A stretch of 24,000 bases of DNA. Origin: Bacillota bacterium (GTDB lineage: Bacteria > Bacillota > Sulfobacillia > JAJYWN01 > JAJZPE01). The stretch is taken from contig JAJYMC010000062.1 in the NCBI GenBank assembly GCA_021787335.1, forward strand, positions 44,053 through 68,052, in the 5' to 3' direction. Shown in pieces: positions 1 through 8,097 of this stretch; the first letter of the stretch is position 1; every line of letters starts with the position of its first letter. Below the pieces are notes generated by a model. That model worked only from the letters and a program-made list of their open reading frames with translations, did no database searches and had not been told where the DNA came from. A program made the position numbers and the translations under genes.

Positions 1-1029
1 GCCCTGGTCGCCGACCTGCAGAAGGCACCCGGCCTGACGGTGGCGGCCGCCGCGGAGAAGGATCCCGACCCGGAGGGCGCCGTTCGTGAGAACTCCGCCT
101 CCGTGGCCGTGGTCATCCCCGAGGGGTACGGCGCCGACCTGGCGGCCATGCGGGCCCCATCCGTCACCGTCCTCGGGCGCTCCGACTCGACTGACGGGTT
201 GGTCGTCCAACAGGTCCTCGGCCGCTCGCTCCTCTGGACGGCCACCAGCCTGAAAGCCGCCGACCTCATCGCCGCCCAGCCGGCCCTGGCCGGGGGGCAC
301 CCGGTCAGCCCCGATCAGCTGGCCCAGGCCCGGGCCGCCGACCTCGAGGCCCTCAACGACGCCTGGGCCACGGGACCCAAGGTGACCACGATCCTCAATG
401 AGGTCGGGACGAAGACCACGCGTAAGGCCAACTTCGCCGCCGCGACCACGGCCACCGTGGCCGGCTTCGTAGTCATGTTCCTGATGTACCCGGCCGTCTT
501 CGGGGCCGGTTCCATCCTCGACGAGCGACAGCGCGGGACCTGGAGCCGCCTGCTGACCACCCCGACCGGGGGCTTGACCATGGTCTTCGGTCAGCTCCTG
601 GGGGTCTTCGTGTCCTCCTGGCTGCAGGCCGGCGTGATCATCGTCGCCAGCCACTTCCTCTTCGGGGTCAATTGGGGCAGTTCCGTCCTTGGGCTGGTCA
701 TCGTGATGACCTCGTTCATCCTCAGCACCATCGGGCTGGGCCTGGCCATCGCCGGCTTCGTCCAGACCAAGGCTCAACTGGCCGCGGTCAGCCCCATCCT
801 CATCACCGGCACCTGCATGCTTGGCGGCGCCTACTGGCCGTCTGAGCTGATGCCCCGCTTCATGCAGATCCTGGGCAAGTTTTTTCCGCCGGAGTGGGCC
901 GTGCGGGGGTTCAACGCCCTCGTCCGGAACAACGGCGGTCTGTCGGATGTCCTCAGGCCGAGCCTCGTGCTGCTGGCCTTCGCCGCCGTCTTCCTGACCA
1001 TCGGGGTGCTGCGGGTGAGGTACGAGTGA
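1..1029 (+). CDS. ABC-2 type transporter permease, 5' end outside window
   Basis: Frame 1 is open from base 1, so the track start at 40 is not the true start. An extracytoplasmic-looking N-terminal part is followed by about 5 hydrophobic helices (MVFGQLLGVFVSSW, VLGLVIVMTSFILSTIGLGLAIAGF, LVLLAFAAVFLTIGVL), typical of the ABC-2/NatB-YhaP-like family. Stop TGA at 1027-1029. Confidence 0.8.
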   Translation, partial: ALVADLQKAPGLTVAAAAEKDPDPEGAVRENSASVAVVIPEGYGADLAAMRAPSVTVLGRSDSTDGLVVQQVLGRSLLWTATSLKAADLIAAQPALAGGHPVSPDQLAQARAADLEALNDAWATGPKVTTILNEVGTKTTRKANFAAATTATVAGFVVMFLMYPAVFGAGSILDERQRGTWSRLLTTPTGGLTMVFGQLLGVFVSSWLQAGVIIVASHFLFGVNWGSSVLGLVIVMTSFILSTIGLGLAIAGFVQTKAQLAAVSPILITGTCMLGGAYWPSELMPRFMQILGKFFPPEWAVRGFNALVRNNGGLSDVLRPSLVLLAFAAVFLTIGVLRVRYE

Positions 1030-1099
1030 TGGCAGCAGCCGCGGCCCAGCCGCGGATGCGGGGACCGGCGCGTCGGCGCCAATAATAGAGACACGGAGG

Positions 1100-1127
1100 C
1101 CCGGGCGCTTGGCCGCCCGGGACTTTT
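1100..1127 (+). terminator. Candidate intrinsic terminator after the ABC-2 permease
   Basis: CCCGGGCG (1100-1107) pairs with CGCCCGGG (1114-1121) around a 6-nt loop, followed by ACTTTTCCCATTT. The U-tract is short. Confidence 0.5.
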
Positions 1128-1225
1128 CCCATTTATGGAGGCAATTAGCTGGTTCTGTCGAAAGCTTCTATGCCTCAGGACGGGCCTCACTCGTCCCGAC
1201 TTCCAAGGAGGCCATCGACGCAGCA

Positions 1226-1759
1226 ATGGAAGATAGCTATCACCACTATCACGCCGGCGTCACCCGGCTCGACTGGAACGACGTCATGAGCATGTGCCGG
1301 GAACTGGCCGAACGGGTCCAGCGCGAGTACGACCCCGATATCATCATCGGCATCGCCAAGGCTGGGGTCATCCCCGGGGCCATCCTGGCCTCGATGCTGC
1401 GCAAGGACTTCTTTCCGATGCGGTTGTCGCGGCGGCAGAAGGACCGCGTCGTCCGGGAGAAGCCGGCCATCCTCGTCCCGATGCCCGAAGAGGTTGATGG
1501 GAAGCTGGTCCTCATCGTCGACGAGATCGCCGCCACCGGCGAGACCATGCGACTGGCCGTCGGCGAGGCCCGCAAGAAGGGGGCCAAGAAGGTCAAGACC
1601 GCCACGCTCTATGTTCACGCCGAGTCGTGGCGGCCCAACTGGTACGCCCTCGAGACCGACGACCTCATCATCCAGCCGTGGGACTTCGAGGTCCTGGACC
1701 GGGGTCGGTGGGTGGTCCACCCGGAGTACCAGGAGGAGATCGACCGGATCGGGCGGTGA
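1226..1759 (+). CDS. Phosphoribosyltransferase (purine / xanthine-guanine PRTase-like)
   Basis: PRPP-binding loop VLIVDEIAATGETM, and the IIIGIAKAGVIPGAILA motif typical of type I PRTases. The track start (TTG 1109) lies inside the upstream terminator hairpin, so I use ATG 1226. AAGGAGG at 1205-1211 gives a rather long 14-nt spacing, so the start stays uncertain. Confidence 0.8.
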   Translation: MEDSYHHYHAGVTRLDWNDVMSMCRELAERVQREYDPDIIIGIAKAGVIPGAILASMLRKDFFPMRLSRRQKDRVVREKPAILVPMPEEVDGKLVLIVDEIAATGETMRLAVGEARKKGAKKVKTATLYVHAESWRPNWYALETDDLIIQPWDFEVLDRGRWVVHPEYQEEIDRIGR

Positions 1760-1773
1760 CCGACCGCCCAGCT

Positions 1774-1808
1774 CCTTTCGACCGAGGGATTCGGTCGACA
1801 ACGAAAGG
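1774..1808 (+). other. Stable nested hairpin directly after the PRTase stop codon
   Basis: TCGACCGA (1778-1785) pairs with TCGGTCGA (1791-1798) around loop GGGAT. Alternatively an outer stem CCTTTCG (1774-1780) pairs with CGAAAGG (1802-1808). No U-tract follows. Confidence 0.4.
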
Positions 1809-1840
1809 GTTTCTGGAGCCAACTGAAGTATTAATCCTAT

Positions 1841-1870
1841 GCCCCGCTGAACGAGCGGGGCTCTTCTTTT
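1841..1870 (+). terminator. Rho-independent terminator
   Basis: GCCCCGCT (1841-1848) pairs with AGCGGGGC (1854-1861), loop GAACG, followed by TCTTCTTTT. Confidence 0.8.
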
Positions 1871-1896
1871 GGCGGGCGGGAGGCGGACAGGCCAGA

Positions 1897-2646
1897 GTGA
1901 ACCGTTTCAACGCCTACATTGACGAATCGGGTGACGAGGGGTTCAATTGGCTGCCTGACGGAAGAGGCTCGACCGGGTGGTTCTTTGCCGGCGCCGTCGT
2001 TGTGCCGGCACCCCTTGACTTGTCGGTCAGTGCTGTCATAGACCGAATCAAGTCCAGGCTGAACCTGCCTGTCGCAAGACCGCTCCATTGGGTTGATCGA
2101 CGCAGACACCAGCAGCGAAAATACATCGTCCAGGAGGTTGCCAGGGAGCCCATCACCGTTGTGCTGACCGGAGTCAACAAGAGAGGGCTAAACCAAACGC
2201 GTGTCCTCCAGCAACCTCCGGCGTTGTACCTTTACGTCACCCGCTTGTTGCTGGAGCGGATTTCGTGGCTGGTAGACGAGTCGCGGGGTCGCGTGGACTG
2301 TATCTTCGAGAATAAGGCCAGCCTTTCGTATGACGCCTTGAGGGCCTATGTCAGGGCTCTAATGGCTGACCCCGCCTATCAGGTCCGTCCTGTCATTGAT
2401 GGGATCGAGCCCCGCAACAAGAGCCAGTGTAAGATGCTTCAGGTCGCCGACGCATGTACCAGCGCTTGCCTCGAAGCCTTTGAGCCGGACCAGTTCGGTA
2501 ACCCGGAAACCGCCTACCTTGAGGAAATCTCCAAGCTGCTGTATAGGCGCAACGGCAATCTATTCAGTTACGGTCTCAAACTGTTTCCTGATGACGGGAC
2601 GGTTCTCTCGAGGTCGTGCGGGTACCAATGGCTAGGCCGGATGTGA
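1897..2646 (+). CDS. DUF3800 domain protein (function unknown)
   Basis: N-terminal FNAYIDESGDEGF and C-terminal KMLQVADACTSA match the conserved DESG and QxAD boxes I recognise from DUF3800. GTG start at 1897 is preceded by GGGAGG (1878-1883). The track ORF from 1627 is a Pro/Gly/Arg-rich extension overlapping the PRTase 3' end and the terminator, so I rejected it. GC is lower than in the flanks. Confidence 0.85.
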   Translation: MNRFNAYIDESGDEGFNWLPDGRGSTGWFFAGAVVVPAPLDLSVSAVIDRIKSRLNLPVARPLHWVDRRRHQQRKYIVQEVAREPITVVLTGVNKRGLNQTRVLQQPPALYLYVTRLLLERISWLVDESRGRVDCIFENKASLSYDALRAYVRALMADPAYQVRPVIDGIEPRNKSQCKMLQVADACTSACLEAFEPDQFGNPETAYLEEISKLLYRRNGNLFSYGLKLFPDDGTVLSRSCGYQWLGRM

Positions 2647-2794
2647 AAACAAAAACAGGCCCCGGGAGGAACGATCCCACGCGCCACGGCGCGCTGCCAC
2701 CTTTACGGCGACGTTCCATGATCCCGCGCATGCCTGTCATCACGATTATAACCCGGGATTAGCCCGACGGCAAGTAGCCTTGTACCAGCCCTGT

Positions 2795-3499
2795 CTAAAG
2801 CCTCCCGTCCCAGTACGCGTAGGCCACCTGCCAGCCCGCCAGCAGCGCCCCGGCCTCGATAAAGGATCTGACGGGGTAGCCGTGATAGGTCAGGATGTCC
2901 ACGGCTGCACCGATGGTCACGAAGGCGATGAGGGCGGCGCTCAGCACGCTGTGGGCGGACCGCATGGCCACCAGACGGTTGCGCTCATCGTTCATACGGC
3001 TGTAGTCACCGGACGAGATGGCTCGGGCCTTCTCCTCGGACGGTGAAAGCCAGGCATAGATGAGCATGACGACGGTCGCCACGCCGGCGATGACCGCCAG
3101 GATAATCTCGGACAAAGCCTCGGGCACGGTCTGGCCGCTCTCGACGCGAACCCAGATGCCACGGGCGACGATGAGCACATAGAAGAGGCCGCAGGCCGAA
3201 GAGAAGTAGAGGTTCCGCTTCCATGCGCCGGCCGGGCGCCCCGGACTGACCACGAGGTGGCGCCAGATGAGGGGAAAAGCCTGTACATAGAGGACATAGA
3301 AGGCCGCCACCGGGAGGGCTGTCGCGACCCAGAATCTGGGGACCAGGAACACCCCGCTCAGCGCGTCCAGGGCGGGAGCCCCGCCGGCGAGGGCTGGGAT
3401 GGCCGCCATCAGGCCAATCAGCATCACCGCCCCAAAGGCGCCCAGAACCGTGATGCCAGGCGACGGCCGCCGCGTTGGATCACTCGCGAACAAGGACAT
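2795..3499 (-). CDS. Polytopic membrane protein cotranscribed with the XRE regulator (possibly DUF2178-like)
   Basis: About 6 hydrophobic helices, with a DERNRLVAMRSA segment before the last helices. ATG at 3499 is preceded by AAAGGAG with 8-nt spacing. It overlaps the regulator stop by 20 nt. The family assignment is from memory only. Confidence 0.7.
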   Translation of the reverse strand: MSLFASDPTRRPSPGITVLGAFGAVMLIGLMAAIPALAGGAPALDALSGVFLVPRFWVATALPVAAFYVLYVQAFPLIWRHLVVSPGRPAGAWKRNLYFSSACGLFYVLIVARGIWVRVESGQTVPEALSEIILAVIAGVATVVMLIYAWLSPSEEKARAISSGDYSRMNDERNRLVAMRSAHSVLSAALIAFVTIGAAVDILTYHGYPVRSFIEAGALLAGWQVAYAYWDGRL

Positions 3500-3719
3500 C
3501 GGACGACGCTCCTTTCTCTTCGGCCTCGCACAGGAAGACTTGCTCGATGCTCTTGGCGAAGCACCGGGCAATCTTATAGGCCAGCATGATGGACGGATTG
3601 TAGCGACCGGACTCGATGGAGATGATGGTCTGCCTCGATACGCCGACCCGGGAGGCCAGGTCCTCCTGGGTCAATCCGTGTTCGGCGCGGAGCTTGCGGA
3701 CCAGGTTCAGCACGGACAT
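3480..3719 (-). CDS. Small XRE-family helix-turn-helix transcriptional regulator
   Basis: LRAEHGLTQEDLASRVGVSRQTIISIESGRYNPSIMLAYKIARCF is a canonical Cro/C1-type HTH. It is the short (about 79 aa) type that commonly precedes membrane-protein or ABC-exporter genes. Confidence 0.9.
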   Translation of the reverse strand: MSVLNLVRKLRAEHGLTQEDLASRVGVSRQTIISIESGRYNPSIMLAYKIARCFAKSIEQVFLCEAEEKGASSDVLVRE

Positions 3720-3747
3720 CAACCGGCTTTCGTGGGTGCCTGAGGTA

Positions 3748-3808
3748 AAGGATGCTTTACATCTAGAGGATAACCCATCCTCGCCGGAATGTCAAGGATG
3801 CTTAACAT
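3748..3808 (-). promoter_or_regulatory. XRE gene promoter with two 15-bp direct-repeat operator candidates
   Basis: On the minus strand, TTGACA (3790-3795) is followed by 17 nt and TATCCT (3767-3772). AAGGATGCTTTACAT (3748-3762) and AAGGATGCTTAACAT (3794-3808), given as plus-strand text, differ at one base. One abuts the -35 and the other lies just downstream of the -10. Confidence 0.55.
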
Positions 3809-3914
3809 GCAAGGCGCCAAATCAAACCCCGGACGTTTTGCCGATTCCGCGCGTCCGGTGAAGAGGACCGTCAGAAAGGTTAACCCCATCCCTTAATTTC
3901 AAGCCTCCTAACCA

Positions 3915-3944
3915 TTGAACAATGGAAGGGTGCCGGGGTACAAT
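3915..3944 (+). promoter_or_regulatory. Candidate sigma-A type promoter of the ABC operon
   Basis: TTGAAC (3915-3920), 18 nt, TACAAT (3939-3944). This implies a transcript start near 3951, which argues against the track start at 3922. Confidence 0.5.
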
Positions 3945-3978
3945 GAAGCCAATGCCTGGAATATCTGGGGGAATGCTG

Positions 3979-5028
3979 ATGACAGGCCGCGGAGCAGCCA
4001 TAACGACCACCGGCCTGAGGAAGGTCTTTCCGAAGCGCAGGCCGGCGGAGAACTGGATGGACGCAATGCCCCAATTGGTCAAGGGTTTGGCCGGCCGCCA
4101 GGACCGGAAGGTGGCCCTGGACGGCGTCGACCTGAAGATCGAGGACGGAGAACTCTTCGGCCTCATCGGGGCCAACGGGGCCGGCAAGACCACGCTCATC
4201 AAGATCCTCGCCTGCCTGATGCGCCCCGACGGGGGGACCGCGACGGTGGCGGGCTATGACATCCATACCCAGAGGATGATGGCCAAGGCCTCGTCAAGCG
4301 TCCTCAAGGGCGGCGGTTGGACCGGAGTCCTCTGGATGAGGACGGTATCCCAGAACCTCCGGTTCCAAGGGGAGATGAGCGGTCTCGCCCCGGCGCTCAT
4401 CGAGCGGCGGTCGGCTGAGGTCCTCGAGCTCTTGGACCTGACCGACAAGGCCGACGAAGTTCCCTGGTACCTCTCCGCCGGCCAGCGGCACAAGCTCACG
4501 GTGGCCCTCCTGTTCATGGTTCGTACCCCGGTGGTCCTCATGGACGAGCCCACCGTGCACCTGGACCCGAACGTCGCCCAGACGGTGCGACGTTTCATTA
4601 AGGAGACGGTCAACACGAAGAGAGGCCAGACCGTCCTGATGAGCACCCACTACCTGCAGGAAGCTGAGCTGATGTGCGACCGGGTGGCCATCATCGACCA
4701 GGGCCGCCTGTTGGCCTGCGATTCCCCGTCGCGCCTGAAGCGCTCCGTTTACGACGGGAGCATCGTCGAGATAAGGGCGGACCGGTGCACCGAGCCCGGC
4801 CTGGAAGCCTTGAAGGCGATCCACGGAGTGACCCAGGTCCGGGCGAGGTTACAGGACGCGGCCCTGGGCCGGCAGTCCATCCGCATCTACGGAGGCAACG
4901 GGCTGAATCCGATGGCCGGCGCGCTGGAGGTTCTTGGCGCCGCGGGGGCCGAGGTCAAGTGGGCGAAATCGGCCGAACCGAGCCTGGAGGAAGTCTATCT
5001 GAAACTGGTGGGTCGGGAGATCAATTAG
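3979..5028 (+). CDS. ABC transporter ATP-binding protein (pair 1)
   Basis: Walker A GANGAGKTT, signature LSAGQRHKL, Walker B VVLMDEPTVHLD, H-loop STHYL. The start is chosen from the promoter position and TGGGGGA at 3965-3971. ATG 3973 or 3979 are both possible. Confidence 0.9.
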   Translation: MTGRGAAITTTGLRKVFPKRRPAENWMDAMPQLVKGLAGRQDRKVALDGVDLKIEDGELFGLIGANGAGKTTLIKILACLMRPDGGTATVAGYDIHTQRMMAKASSSVLKGGGWTGVLWMRTVSQNLRFQGEMSGLAPALIERRSAEVLELLDLTDKADEVPWYLSAGQRHKLTVALLFMVRTPVVLMDEPTVHLDPNVAQTVRRFIKETVNTKRGQTVLMSTHYLQEAELMCDRVAIIDQGRLLACDSPSRLKRSVYDGSIVEIRADRCTEPGLEALKAIHGVTQVRARLQDAALGRQSIRIYGGNGLNPMAGALEVLGAAGAEVKWAKSAEPSLEEVYLKLVGREIN

Positions 5029-5040
5029 GGGGGCGGTCCG

Positions 5041-5934
5041 ATGAGTTCGATCGACGCGGGTTCGACCGGTCTCGCCTATCAGCTCCGCGCTCTGTCCACC
5101 TTCGTCCGCCGGGACATGAAGCTCTGGACCTACTTCAAGGTCAACCTTCTCGTGGACCTTCTGGGGGTCTTTTCGAACCTGGTCATCTACGCTGTCATCG
5201 CCCGGTTCAACCCGGGCGGGGAGGGGATGGCAGCTTATAACCACGATTACGTCGCCTTTGTCGTCATCGGGCTCGTCTTCAACACCCTCCTGAGCACGGC
5301 CCTTTCGGGTCCCTACATGGGGGTAATGGACTCTTTCTGGAACAGCCGGCTCGAGGTGCTCATCATGAGCCCCGTGTCGCTGCCTGTCTTCACCGTGGGG
5401 CTCTCGGCCGGGCAATACGTGCGGGCCCTCTTCCGGGTGGCCATCTACCTCGGGGGCGGCGCGCTCCTCTTCGGCCTCAGGTTCCCGGCCGGCGCCGACC
5501 TGCCGGCCGCGGCTCTCGTCCTGTTCCTGGCCGTCGTGGCCTGTACCGGGTTGGGCTTGATGGCCGCCTCGATGATTTACATCGTCGACGCCCGGGGCGG
5601 GTCGGACCCGGTCCGCCTGGTGGTCGAGAACCTGGCCGGCGTGGCCGCCGGGGTGTATTTTCCAGTCCAGGTCCTGCCGGTCTGGGTCCAGTGGCTGGCC
5701 GGACTGGTCCCTCACACCTATGCCCTTGACGGCATCCGCCAGGCCCTGCTGGGCGGCGGCACACCACTGCCCACCCTGCCCCTGCATCGCCTTCTCCCGG
5801 CGCTCTCGCCCGTCCTGACCGACGCTCTGGCCCTGGCGGTTTACAGCGCCCTGGCCCTGCCCTTGGGGTGGGCCATGTTCAAGCGCGGACTTCGCCTGGC
5901 CAAGGTCGATGGGAGGCTTTCACGATGGGTCTGA
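5041..5934 (+). CDS. ABC-2 type transporter permease (pair 1)
   Basis: Six predicted helices. The ABC-2-like layout is paralogous to 7000-7881 (shared VAGVYFP.QV.PVW.Q segment). ATG follows GGGGGG. Confidence 0.85.
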   Translation: MSSIDAGSTGLAYQLRALSTFVRRDMKLWTYFKVNLLVDLLGVFSNLVIYAVIARFNPGGEGMAAYNHDYVAFVVIGLVFNTLLSTALSGPYMGVMDSFWNSRLEVLIMSPVSLPVFTVGLSAGQYVRALFRVAIYLGGGALLFGLRFPAGADLPAAALVLFLAVVACTGLGLMAASMIYIVDARGGSDPVRLVVENLAGVAAGVYFPVQVLPVWVQWLAGLVPHTYALDGIRQALLGGGTPLPTLPLHRLLPALSPVLTDALALAVYSALALPLGWAMFKRGLRLAKVDGRLSRWV

Positions 5935-7025
5935 CGGGCGCGGTCACGGAAGGCGGCATACGGGTCCACGGACTGACCAAGCGCTTCAGGACGCGAAAGG
6001 GAATCCCCGTGCACTCGACCATGGGCGACGGCCACTGGCTTCAGTCTATCTTCATCAAGGCGACCTCACCCGAAGAGCGCTTCACCGCCGTGGACCACGT
6101 CGACCTCGAGGTCCCCCAGGGCGGCTTCGTGGGCTTGCTCGGTCCCAACGGCGCCGGGAAGACCACCCTGATGAAGTGCCTGTCGACCCTGCTCATCCCG
6201 GATGAAGGCACGGCGGTAATCGACGGCCACGACCTGGTCACTCAGGCAGACGTGGTCAAGCGCTCGATCACCCTCATCGGCAGCGGGGCCTGGGTGGCTT
6301 TCGACTGGGCGTTGACGGTCCGGGAGAACCTCGAGTTCTTCGGCAATCTGTATGGCCTGGAGCGCAGCCTCCTCAAGCGGCGGCTCGCCGAAGCCTTGGA
6401 GCTGGTGGAGCTGACGGGGCAAGCCGGTGAGACTCCGCGAACGCTATCCTCCGGGCAACGTCAACGACTGGTCCTGGCCAAGGGATTCGTCGTCAGGACC
6501 CCCGTGTTCTTTCTTGACGAGCCCACGGCCAACCTCGACCCCCAAGGGGCCAGGGAGGTCCTCAAGTACATCAGGACCGAGCTTTCAGGGCGGGAAGGCA
6601 CGACCATCATCCTGACCACGCACCACATCCAGGAGGCTGAGGAGCTGTGCGACCGCGTGGCCATCATGGACCGCGGCCGGGTCATCGCCATTGACTCGCC
6701 GGGGAACCTGAAGAAGATTATCGGCGCGACCCAATCCATCGAAGTGGACGCGATAGGCGACCTGGAGCTGGCGGCCAGGCGACTCCGCGGGGCCCCCGGC
6801 GTCAAGGGCGTGGCCGTGACCCAGGGCGGCGTGGACAGCGCGGCCTCGTCGATGCGGGTCGGTTGCGAGGACCTCGAGGCGGCGACAGCGTGGGTTATGG
6901 AGGCCCTGCAGGCGTCCGCGGTGACGGTTCAATCTGTTCGTCCCAGCGGGCCGACTCTGGAGGATGTGTTCATCGCCCTGACGGGAAGGGGGTTGTCCAA
7001 TGGGACCGAACGGCGCCCCGCTTGA
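5925..7025 (+). CDS. ABC transporter ATP-binding protein (pair 2)
   Basis: Walker A GPNGAGKTT, signature LSSGQRQRL, Walker B VFFLDEPTANLD, H-loop TTHHI. ATG 5925 is preceded by GGGAGG (5911-5916) and overlaps the upstream stop (ATGGGTCTGA). Confidence 0.9.
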   Translation: MGLTGAVTEGGIRVHGLTKRFRTRKGIPVHSTMGDGHWLQSIFIKATSPEERFTAVDHVDLEVPQGGFVGLLGPNGAGKTTLMKCLSTLLIPDEGTAVIDGHDLVTQADVVKRSITLIGSGAWVAFDWALTVRENLEFFGNLYGLERSLLKRRLAEALELVELTGQAGETPRTLSSGQRQRLVLAKGFVVRTPVFFLDEPTANLDPQGAREVLKYIRTELSGREGTTIILTTHHIQEAEELCDRVAIMDRGRVIAIDSPGNLKKIIGATQSIEVDAIGDLELAARRLRGAPGVKGVAVTQGGVDSAASSMRVGCEDLEAATAWVMEALQASAVTVQSVRPSGPTLEDVFIALTGRGLSNGTERRPA

Positions 7026-7881
7026 GTGGGAACGTAAGCGGTTGGATTTCCGCACTTACCTGCGGGGGGCGGCTGCCAACACCTTCAGCCAATACCTTGA
7101 GTGGACACACTTTCTGCCCAGCGCGGTCCTCAACCTCGTCGACATCTTCCTGAAGATAACGATCTTCTTCCTCATGGCCCGTTACGTCGAGGCCGGGGCG
7201 GCCCCGCTCCTCGCCGAATACGGGGGCAGCTATACCGCCTACATGGTCCTCGGGGTGGTCCTCAACCTCTTCCTCAATGACACCATGAACGTCTATTATC
7301 AGGCCTACGCGGCGGGCTACTGGAGTTCGAGCTTCGAGGTCTACAACGCATTCCCGGTGGGCATCCCGGCCTACATGACCGGGAGCATCATCTTCCGGTA
7401 CGCGTTCTCGGTCCTGTATTTCGCAGTCTTCATGCTCCTCGGGGTGACCGTCTTCCACGTGGATGTCCACTTGGCGAACCCCGGGGCCGCCTTGACCCTG
7501 ACCATCCTCGGTGTGGCCGCGGTCACCGGCCTCGGCCTGATCGCTGCCAGCACCTTCACCCTGATGAACGCGAAGAACTGGAGCAACCCGGTCAGTTGGC
7601 TGGTGGACTTCCTGGTCGGACTGGTGGCGGGGGTCTATTTCCCGCCGCAGGTCATGCCAGTTTGGCTGCAGAGGGTGGGCGCGGCGTTGCCCCAGACGCA
7701 CGTCTACCGGGCGATGCGCCTGGCCCTCCTGAAAGGGGACGGGCTCTTGAGCCCGACCGTCTGGCCCGAGGTGAAGGTCCTGGTGGCGATGACCGCCGTG
7801 CTCTTGCCCGTCGGCATCTGGCTGTTCCGGCTATCCCTTATCAAAGGGGAGAAGGACGGGGCCCTGACGAGGTGGAATTAG
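7000..7881 (+). CDS. ABC-2 type transporter permease (pair 2)
   Basis: Hydrophobic six-helix protein paralogous to 5041-5934. ATG 7000 overlaps the 3' end of the ATPase by 26 nt. GAAGGGGG lies upstream. Confidence 0.85.
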   Translation: MGPNGAPLEWERKRLDFRTYLRGAAANTFSQYLEWTHFLPSAVLNLVDIFLKITIFFLMARYVEAGAAPLLAEYGGSYTAYMVLGVVLNLFLNDTMNVYYQAYAAGYWSSSFEVYNAFPVGIPAYMTGSIIFRYAFSVLYFAVFMLLGVTVFHVDVHLANPGAALTLTILGVAAVTGLGLIAASTFTLMNAKNWSNPVSWLVDFLVGLVAGVYFPPQVMPVWLQRVGAALPQTHVYRAMRLALLKGDGLLSPTVWPEVKVLVAMTAVLLPVGIWLFRLSLIKGEKDGALTRWN

Positions 7882-7911
7882 GGCCCATTACCTAGGCTCC
7901 AGAATGGTCAG

Positions 7912-8097
7912 ATGATCGACCTGACTTTCGGAGACCGGGCGGCCATGCGAGCCATCGCGAGCCTGGGCGAGTTCCTGCCCATATACAACGCCGCGGCGCG
8001 GGAGCTTGGTCCCGGCCGCGGGCTTGGGTTCGCTTTCGAGCGGAAGCTGGTCGGCAGTCTCGATGCCCTTTGGAAGGAGCTGAAGCTTCAGCGGTAG
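7912..8097 (+). CDS. Hypothetical 61-aa protein (weak call)
   Basis: The ORF is in an otherwise empty 200-bp gap and its codons look GC3-rich like neighbouring genes. It has no convincing SD and overlaps the convergent kinase 3' end by 10 nt. Confidence 0.25.
   Translation: MIDLTFGDRAAMRAIASLGEFLPIYNAAARELGPGRGLGFAFERKLVGSLDALWKELKLQR

Noticed and set aside
1109-1225. Upstream starts given in the ORF track for several genes: TTG 1109 (PRTase), 1627 (DUF3800), 3922 (ABC ATPase), 5868, 9089, 11817, 11727, 13706, 14401, 17041, 19190 and 22305.
   Set aside because: In each case the extension overlaps a terminator, promoter or neighbouring gene. The extensions lack an SD and encode low-complexity Arg/Pro/Gly sequence. 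A downstream start with a GGAGG-like SD matches the family or paralog alignment.
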